The position numbers and the translations under genes are program-made. The notes below the pieces were generated by a model. The model made no database searches. It was given only the letters and a program-made list of their open reading frames with translations, and was not told the origin of the DNA. A stretch of DNA of 64,000 nucleotides from Desulfomonilia bacterium. GTDB taxonomy: Bacteria > Desulfobacterota > Desulfomonilia > UBA1062. Positions 57,528-64,000 of the stretch are shown one piece after another. The stretch is from contig JBEKDT010000001.1 in assembly GCA_050014195.1 (NCBI GenBank), forward strand, positions 192,001-256,000, in the 5' to 3' direction. Within the stretch, counting starts at the first letter, position 1. The number at the start of each line of letters is the position of its first letter.

Positions 57528-58271
57528 GTGGCAACAATACATGTACTGGGAAAAGAGTATGCAACCAAGCTCGTGATCTTCGATAAGGACGGCACATTAA
57601 TCGATTTCGCCCAGACATGGATCGGTATCATAGGTAAGCTCCTTACAGCCATGGGGGAGTATGTCTTGATGACTGAACCCTTAAGAATCCGGGTTCAGGA
57701 AGCGCTCGGCATCTCGGTTGACCACGGCACAATCGACGGATCCGGACCGCTTGCCATGGGCACCTTTACCGAGTGCGACGCCCTGTTGACCTATTGCCTT
57801 TATCGTGAAGGCATCAGATGGGACGAGGCCCAGGAGATCGTTCGCAAGCTCGGTGATGAGATCTTCCGCTCAGACGTACGCGATAGGTGCATCAGACCTG
57901 CAAATGGTGCCAAGCAACTGTTGGCCAGACTCAAGGACAAGGGGATCCATGTAGCCGTGGCAACAAATGACAACGCAAAAGATGCCTTGTCAGACATGGT
58001 ATCTATTGGTGTCGCCCCCTACATAGACATCGTAATAGGGGCCGACAGTGTGGAAAACTCCAAGCCCGCCCCGGATATGGTGATGAAGATCTGCGAACAC
58101 TTTCACGTGGAACCTCCCACCGTGATTCTTATCGGCGATACCATCATGGATGCCATGCTGGGCAGAAATTCGGGTGTCATGCTCACCATCGGAGTGCCTG
58201 GCATCGTGTCGAAAGAGGTACTTCAAGGGCATATGGACGTGGTTATGGATTCGCTGAATGATATCTATTAA
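57528..58271 (+). CDS. HAD-family phosphatase
   Basis: FDKDGT, ATND, KPAPD, IGDTIMD; GTG start after AGGAGG. Confidence 0.92.
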   Translation: MATIHVLGKEYATKLVIFDKDGTLIDFAQTWIGIIGKLLTAMGEYVLMTEPLRIRVQEALGISVDHGTIDGSGPLAMGTFTECDALLTYCLYREGIRWDEAQEIVRKLGDEIFRSDVRDRCIRPANGAKQLLARLKDKGIHVAVATNDNAKDALSDMVSIGVAPYIDIVIGADSVENSKPAPDMVMKICEHFHVEPPTVILIGDTIMDAMLGRNSGVMLTIGVPGIVSKEVLQGHMDVVMDSLNDIY

Positions 58272-58487
58272 TTTATTTAGTGCTTGACAGGGTGGTCATC
58301 ACATGCCTAGTGTACACACATATCTGAAATGAGAATATATGAGTTTGAATCTTGCCTTAAGAATGGTACCTACTAATACACTTCATTAAGTCAAAATTTC
58401 ACTGACGATACATTCCCTTTTCAGAAATAAAAAAAACAGAGTCCTTTATTTTGAAAAGAAGGGATCTGGAAAAAAAAGAGGTAATCA

Positions 58488-58688
58488 ATGTCACAAGGAA
58501 CAGTAAAATGGTTTAACGATTCAAAAGGATTTGGTTTCATCACCGTAGATAGTGGGGAAGACATATTCGTGCACCACACATCGATTAAACAGGAAGGCTT
58601 CAGGTCACTCGAAGAGGGCCAGCGTGTAACTTTCGACATAGTCGCTGGACCGAAGGGGCCTCAGGCTTCAAATGTTTACAAAGCCTAA
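58488..58688 (+). CDS. Cold-shock protein (CspA family)
   Basis: [28 protein letters not shown]. Confidence 0.97.
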   Translation: MSQGTVKWFNDSKGFGFITVDSGEDIFVHHTSIKQEGFRSLEEGQRVTFDIVAGPKGPQASNVYKA

Positions 58689-58696
58689 ACAACTCG

Positions 58697-58727
58697 AAGA
58701 GGCAGGCATGCCTGCCTCTTTTTCTTT
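58697..58727 (+). terminator. Intrinsic terminator after the cold-shock gene
   Basis: AAGAGGCAGGC-AT-GCCTGCCTCTT palindrome followed by TTTCTTT. Confidence 0.85.
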
Positions 58728-58845
58728 CAAATCCTCCACCACGTCTGGGATGTTCTTCTGGGAGATCTGTCCAAACAAGCAGGATAAATGAAGCGACGAT
58801 TGTTTGAGCATACTTACTGCTTAGATCGATAGGGGCAAATTACTG

Positions 58846-58974
58846 ATGAAAGATAAAACAGCAAAGACGGATTTAATAGAGAAAAAAGGGAGCAGGTCAC
58901 AGAACCGGCTTAAGCGGCTCCAGAACATAAAAGAAGCGGCAGAGCGTCACAAGATGAAGTATCATTCGGCATAA
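58846..58974 (+). CDS. Candidate 42-aa basic small protein
   Basis: MKDKTAKTDLIEKKGSRSQNRLKRLQNIKEAAERHKMKYHSA*; AGGGG upstream; lies in a ~450-nt gap; below the ORF-track cutoff. Confidence 0.35.
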   Translation: MKDKTAKTDLIEKKGSRSQNRLKRLQNIKEAAERHKMKYHSA

Positions 58975-59140
58975 GCTGTAATATTGCTGAATAATACGTT
59001 GATAAAAAGTTTACAATGAGTAAGTAAACCTCTCTTTATCAGAGTTCTTCAAACCTAAGTAATTACTATTGGATCATGTCCGTTGGTCTTAGTTCTTCTA
59101 AGATGCCGCAGATTCTTGGGCATAAGCCGCATGTTTCCAT

Positions 59141-60622
59141 TTACGAGCGCCTTAGGAGATCCGGGATCACTTTTCCCTTCTCATCCCTAGGGATCTCAGA
59201 GACGAAATCTACCTTTCTGGGGGTCTTATAAGATGCAAGGTGTTTACGGGCAAACTTTTTAACATCATCCTCGGTGATGGAAGGATCGTCACTGACGACA
59301 AAAGCCCTTATTATCGAGCCCCTCATGAGATCAGGCTCACCGATGATGGCTGAGTCGGATATCCCGGGCAGTGAATTCAGCACGCTTGTTACCTCCCGGG
59401 AATACACATTGAACCCGGAGGTAATGATCATGTCCTTCTTGTATCCCGTGATGAACAGATAACCATCCTCGTCCATGTACCCGATATCACCTGTATGGAG
59501 CCATCCATCTTTTATGATCTCACTCGTTTCCAGTGGATGTCTGTAATAGCCTTTCATAATGTTCGGCCCTCTGAACAAGAGCTCTCCCGTCTCATGCGGA
59601 TTGAGGGCATTACTGGAATCATCAACAATCTTCGCATCCACCTCGGGAACAGGGAGTCCTATAGAGGTGGGCTTTATGGGTGCATGCTTTCTATTAACCG
59701 AGCACACAGGGGATGCTTCGGTTATACCGTAACCCTGTCTGATCTCCGCATGGAAGCGTTCTTTGAAAGCGTTGTAGATCTCAAAAGACAGGGCAGAGCC
59801 GCCTGCAACGAGCGTGCTCATTCCGGAGTATTCAATATCATTTAAGTCCGGGTGGTGCACCAGGCCATAAAAGAGTGTAGGCACCGCGCTTATCGTGGTG
59901 ATGCCCCCCTCAAGAAGAACATGCCTCAGTTCCTTGAAATCGAGCTTTTTCATGAGATAGATGGCGCCGCCTAAGCGAAGCATGGTGAGCATATTGGCGG
60001 TGGCACTGAATGAATGGAACAAGGGGATTATGGCAAGCGTGGTATCCGTATCATCACCATCCGCGCACAGGCGCAGGAGGTCTGATTGGTGCATAAGATT
60101 ACCTTGAGTGAGCATGGCACCCATTGAATAACCCGTGAGGCCCGAGGAATAGATCATAACAGCCACATCGTCCGGTTCCCTCTCCTCTACTATGCCTTTG
60201 CCTGCGCTTGAGACCCATTTGGAAAAATCCCCATCCTGACCTACGGTGATGAGGACCTTCTGGGGACACTCCTTATGGATGGCTTCATAGGTCTCTTTGT
60301 TATTATGCTCGATGATTATGCCCTGGGAACCGGAATCACTGAGTATATGCTTGAGCTCATATGAGGTATAAGATGGGTTCACAGGGGTGACGATGGCCCC
60401 TATACCGATGATGGCCATATAGGAGATTACAAACTCGGGAATATTCGGCAGCATGATGGTTACATGGTCATCTCTTTTGATGCCGGCGTTTCTGAGGGCA
60501 CTCCCCAGAGAATCGGTGAGATGAAAGAGCTCGGCATAGGTTAATCCTTTGTCGTGATACTTGATTGCAACCTTATTGGGTCTAAGTCGATTATGAATTT
60601 GCAGCCACGAATAGAGATTCAT
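59141..60622 (-). CDS. Long-chain acyl-CoA ligase family (AMP-binding) protein
   Basis: YSSGLTG, PLFH, QGYGITE, GELLFRG, WLHTGD, KDMII..G.NVY..E, GKV. Confidence 0.9.
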   Translation of the reverse strand: MNLYSWLQIHNRLRPNKVAIKYHDKGLTYAELFHLTDSLGSALRNAGIKRDDHVTIMLPNIPEFVISYMAIIGIGAIVTPVNPSYTSYELKHILSDSGSQGIIIEHNNKETYEAIHKECPQKVLITVGQDGDFSKWVSSAGKGIVEEREPDDVAVMIYSSGLTGYSMGAMLTQGNLMHQSDLLRLCADGDDTDTTLAIIPLFHSFSATANMLTMLRLGGAIYLMKKLDFKELRHVLLEGGITTISAVPTLFYGLVHHPDLNDIEYSGMSTLVAGGSALSFEIYNAFKERFHAEIRQGYGITEASPVCSVNRKHAPIKPTSIGLPVPEVDAKIVDDSSNALNPHETGELLFRGPNIMKGYYRHPLETSEIIKDGWLHTGDIGYMDEDGYLFITGYKKDMIITSGFNVYSREVTSVLNSLPGISDSAIIGEPDLMRGSIIRAFVVSDDPSITEDDVKKFARKHLASYKTPRKVDFVSEIPRDEKGKVIPDLLRRS

Positions 60623-60744
60623 AAATTCCCCTATAGCCATGGCCTTGATCAGCCATTATTTTTTATCATCTTCAGAAAGATATAAACAAAAAAGTGTCTC
60701 TTGGGAATATACATTAATGATTGTGTAGCCCCAAATCCAAGAAT

Positions 60745-60795
60745 GATACATCTTCCTTTCTCTTCCCTGAGAGGAAAAGGCCGAAGATGAGTATC
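60745..60795. repeat. Long imperfect hairpin between the AMMECR1 and acyl-CoA ligase genes
   Basis: GATAC-ATCTTC-CTTTCTCTT...GAGAGGAAAAGG-CC-GAAGAT-GA-GTATC. Confidence 0.4.
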
Positions 60796-60846
60796 TCAAA
60801 GTCCTCAAGGCATGAGCAAGAGTACTTTACAAAAAAGCGAAGGCAT

Positions 60847-61419
60847 CTAGGGCCTAAAGTCCTTCGCCCTCTCTGATATCACCTCTGCATTAAAGATCTC
60901 CCACATCTCGGGTGTGTCATGATCATCATCCTGTATGTCCGCCTTGGCCTTTAGGTTTGCGAAGAACTCACCCTTGTCATGGGGTACATATTCTAATGAA
61001 CCCGGCAGGAATACCTCCTTTCTGAACCCCTTCGTGAGAATGATGCCGTGGATGCCTGCCTGAAGCTCTGAGATGTCCGACAGAGGTCTTGGAGTGTCAA
61101 TTATGGCAATCTCGAAGCTCATGTAGTCCATCTCATCTATGTGAAGCGGCATAAACCGGGGATCCTTATAGGCAGCGTTACGGGCGTTCTCCATACATGA
61201 GAGCCAAATGGGCATTACAGCAAGGACGTTCCCCATGACCCCCCTGAGCTCGCTTCCCCGGTAGATGGCTACAAAGACACCTTTTTTCTCGGTAAGGGAC
61301 CGAGGGAGGCTCCCTGGATCAACAGTAAGGTCATCCTGAAGGCCCTTTTCCATGAAGCCTTTTACCGCACTGCGGGCAAGGTCGATGAGTATGTTTTTTT
61401 CGTATACGGAAAGTCCCAT
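60847..61419 (-). CDS. AMMECR1-domain protein (AmmeMemoRadiSam protein A-like)
   Basis: LAR..V, GVFV.I...ELRG..G, AA..DPRF, G.HGI, VFLP, L..KA. Confidence 0.85.
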   Translation of the reverse strand: MGLSVYEKNILIDLARSAVKGFMEKGLQDDLTVDPGSLPRSLTEKKGVFVAIYRGSELRGVMGNVLAVMPIWLSCMENARNAAYKDPRFMPLHIDEMDYMSFEIAIIDTPRPLSDISELQAGIHGIILTKGFRKEVFLPGSLEYVPHDKGEFFANLKAKADIQDDDHDTPEMWEIFNAEVISERAKDFRP

Positions 61420-61569
61420 GGTTCTCCCTGTGATACGATTTTACCCGAAGGGCTTACCCCTTACCAGAGGAATCACCTGCAACCTTTCATCCCCTATTGG
61501 TGTTTTATTGACTCGGTGCAGGAAATTAACTATATATGCGCTCAATTTGAAGCATGTGGAGATATGCAC

Positions 61570-63048
61570 GTGGAAGATGTGAACCGGCTCATACGCCAGC
61601 GGATCGAGAAGTTCGAACAATTGAAGCGGGAATCGCTCGTTAAGCATTTCCCCAATACGTATAGGAAAGACACCGATGTTTCTGCCTATATCTCTCTCTA
61701 TCAAGATCGAAACGCCGAGGAACTCCTTGCAATACAAGATGTTCATTGCCTTGCGGGCAGGATCATTGCAGCCCGTAAATTCGGCAAGGCCTCCTTCATC
61801 CACTTCTTGGACGGCACGGGCAAGCTCCAGGCCTTCTTCGAAGAGGCAAAGCTCGGCAAGGATGCCTACGCGCTCTTCAAGAGGCTCGATATCGGCGACA
61901 TCATCGGCCTGTGGGGCACACCCGTCAAGACCAAGACGGGAGAGCTTAGCGTCTACGTGCAGGGTTTCGAGCTGCTCACAAAGTCTTTCAGGCCTCTGCC
62001 TGAGAAGTGGCACGGCCTGAAAGACGTGGAGACCAGGTACCGCCAGCGTTATGTCGATCTCATCGTCTCACCCGAGGTGAAGCAGACCTTCCTGACTCGG
62101 ACCAGGATCATCACCTCGCTTCGCCGATACATGGACTCATTTTCCTTCATCGAGGTGGAGACGCCCATGATGCAGAGCATTCCCGGAGGGGCAACGGCAA
62201 AGCCGTTCCTTACGCACCATAACGCGCTGGACATGGATCTGTACCTGAGGATCGCACCCGAGCTTTACCTCAAGAGGCTCATGGTAGGCGGCTTCGAGCG
62301 GGTCTACGAGATCAACCGCAACTTCCGCAATGAGGGCATCTCAACCAGGCATAATCCAGAGTTCACCATGATGGAATTCTACATGGCATATGCCGACTAT
62401 TCAGACCTCATGGCCTTCACAGAGGATATGATCTCGACGGTGGCCAAGGAAGTGCTGGGAACAACCGTCATTACCTACCAGGGTGCCACCATTGATCTGA
62501 CTCCGCCCTGGAAGCGCCATACCCTGAAGGCCGCCGCCTGTGAGATAGGGGGCGTCGTCCCTGAGGTCCTGGAGGATCTCAACAAGGCCAGGGCCTTCTG
62601 CAGGAACGCCGGCATCGAACTTCAAGGAGACGAATCCTTAGGCGATCTCCAGCTCATCATCTTCGAGACCGCTGCTGAAGACAAACTCATTGATCCTACA
62701 TTTATCACCTCCTATCCCACCGAGGTCTCTCCGCTCTCAAGGAAGAACAACGACGACCCGAGCATAGTCGACCGCTTTGAGCTCTACATCGCTGGCCGCG
62801 AGATTGCGAATGCCTTCAGCGAGCTGAATGACCCCCTCGACCAGAGAGAGCGTTTCGTAGAGCAGGTCCGAAAGAAGGAAGGGCCATCGGAAGTCGATGA
62901 GGATTATATCAGGGCACTTGAGTACGGCATGGCACCTGCTGCAGGTGAAGGCATCGGCATCGACCGGCTCGTTATGCTTTTGACGGATAGCCCTTCCATC
63001 AGGGACGTCATCCTCTTCCCCCTGCTTCGAAAAGGAGAGTCATCCTGA
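61570..63048 (+). CDS. lysS: Lysyl-tRNA synthetase (class II)
   Basis: [47 protein letters not shown]; GTG start 8 nt after GGAG. Confidence 0.98.
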   Translation: MEDVNRLIRQRIEKFEQLKRESLVKHFPNTYRKDTDVSAYISLYQDRNAEELLAIQDVHCLAGRIIAARKFGKASFIHFLDGTGKLQAFFEEAKLGKDAYALFKRLDIGDIIGLWGTPVKTKTGELSVYVQGFELLTKSFRPLPEKWHGLKDVETRYRQRYVDLIVSPEVKQTFLTRTRIITSLRRYMDSFSFIEVETPMMQSIPGGATAKPFLTHHNALDMDLYLRIAPELYLKRLMVGGFERVYEINRNFRNEGISTRHNPEFTMMEFYMAYADYSDLMAFTEDMISTVAKEVLGTTVITYQGATIDLTPPWKRHTLKAAACEIGGVVPEVLEDLNKARAFCRNAGIELQGDESLGDLQLIIFETAAEDKLIDPTFITSYPTEVSPLSRKNNDDPSIVDRFELYIAGREIANAFSELNDPLDQRERFVEQVRKKEGPSEVDEDYIRALEYGMAPAAGEGIGIDRLVMLLTDSPSIRDVILFPLLRKGESS

Positions 63049-64000
63049 GATTCGAGTTCATCGTTGCCAAGAAATATCTCCGGGCCAAGAAGAGCCAGGG
63101 CTTCATCAGCTTTACTTCCGGTCTGTCCGTGGTAGGCATAGCCATCGGCGTCATGGCGCTGATCGTAGTCCTTTCCGTGATGAACGGCTTTGAGAATGAC
63201 ATCACGACCAAGCTCTTGGGCACACAGTCTCATATCGTCATCTCCAATTACAAGGGCGGCATCAGCGATCCGAAGGCAGTAATGGATGTTGCAATGAAAG
63301 TAACAGGGGTTGTGGCTGCCACCCCTTTTATCCTTTCCCAGGGTCTTGTTTCAGCACCCGGAGGGATATCCGGGGTTGTTATCAGAGGAATAGATCCTGA
63401 AAGCGCCTCTCAGGTCATCCGCCTGAAAGATATCATTTCTCACGGCACGAGCAGACTGGATAATACGGGTGTTTTGGTGGGCTCAGAGCTGGCCGCCTCA
63501 TCCGGCCTCACAGTGGGTGATGCCGTGACGCTGATCTCTCCCATGGGCACCATAACCCCCTTGGGTATGATCCCCAAGTCCATGACCTTTATTGTCCGGG
63601 GCATCTTCTCCACAGGCATGTATGAATTTGACAGCAACATGGTCTACATCTCGCTTGCAGCGGCCAAAAAACTGTTCATGCTGGACATGGCTTCAGGCGT
63701 TGAGATCAAGGTAGCCGATATCTACCAGGCCGAAACCATATCCAAGACCATCCTTAAAAACCTGAAAGAAGGTTTCTGGGCAAAGACATGGAAGGACATG
63801 AACAGGAGCCTCTTCTCCGCACTGAGGCTTGAGAAGACCATCATGTTCATCATCCTGCTTTTCATCATCCTGGTTGCCGCATTCAGCATCATCAGCACAC
63901 TCATCATGATGGTCATGGAGAAGCGCAAAGAGATTGCAATTTTAAAGTCCATGGGGGCCACTACCGAGCAGATTCTGAAAATCTTCATCACGGTCGGCAT
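63045..64000 (+). CDS. Lipoprotein-releasing ABC permease LolC/E (3' end runs off the window)
   Basis: Manual translation from CTG 63045: (M)[21 protein letters not shown]...[19 protein letters not shown]...LEKTIMF...[14 protein letters not shown]; AAAGGAG RBS; follows lysS. Confidence 0.93.
   Translation, partial: MRFEFIVAKKYLRAKKSQGFISFTSGLSVVGIAIGVMALIVVLSVMNGFENDITTKLLGTQSHIVISNYKGGISDPKAVMDVAMKVTGVVAATPFILSQGLVSAPGGISGVVIRGIDPESASQVIRLKDIISHGTSRLDNTGVLVGSELAASSGLTVGDAVTLISPMGTITPLGMIPKSMTFIVRGIFSTGMYEFDSNMVYISLAAAKKLFMLDMASGVEIKVADIYQAETISKTILKNLKEGFWAKTWKDMNRSLFSALRLEKTIMFIILLFIILVAAFSIISTLIMMVMEKRKEIAILKSMGATTEQILKIFITVG

Noticed and set aside
61441-62013. 190-aa ORF antisense to lysS, and similar antisense ORFs over the liv, ADH and regulator genes
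   Set aside because: All overlap well-supported genes on the other strand and show no family motifs.

Overview
A 64 kb chromosomal window from an anaerobic deltaproteobacterium (Desulfobacterota-like; inferred from the split F0-only ATP synthase operon, the sigma54/sigma28 flagellar promoters and a DVU0524-type gene before flgM). In order: guaB (partial)-sppA-rpsA; LysM, PilZ, hpt, zinc-ribbon/DUF3426, K+ channel, ruvX, mltG and two response regulators (REC-SHOCT, REC-HD-GYP); an LPS core cluster (kinase, glycosyltransferases, O-antigen ligase, two GT9s, radical SAM, oxidoreductase); a sigma54-activated 4-aminobutyrate/4-hydroxybutyrate catabolic cluster (abfD, CoA-transferase, Fe-ADH, gabT, Liv-type ABC transporter, gdhA) followed by a receiver-domain/dikinase fusion and a PLP gamma-lyase; a Bax-type glucosaminidase and deacetylase; atpZ/I/B/E; csrA and the flgF-G-A-H-I-J-N-K operon with divergent flgM; and a cold-shock protein, acyl-CoA ligase, AMMECR1 protein, lysS and a partial lolC/E. 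I found no tRNA, rRNA, CRISPR array or mobile element. Best leads: the gdhA-linked REC-REC-ATP-grasp dikinase, the complete GABA fermentation cluster with readable operator sites, a diverged copy of the flgK 3' end where flgL normally lies, and a radical SAM module inside the LPS cluster. All family assignments come from motif recognition by eye, not from database searches.
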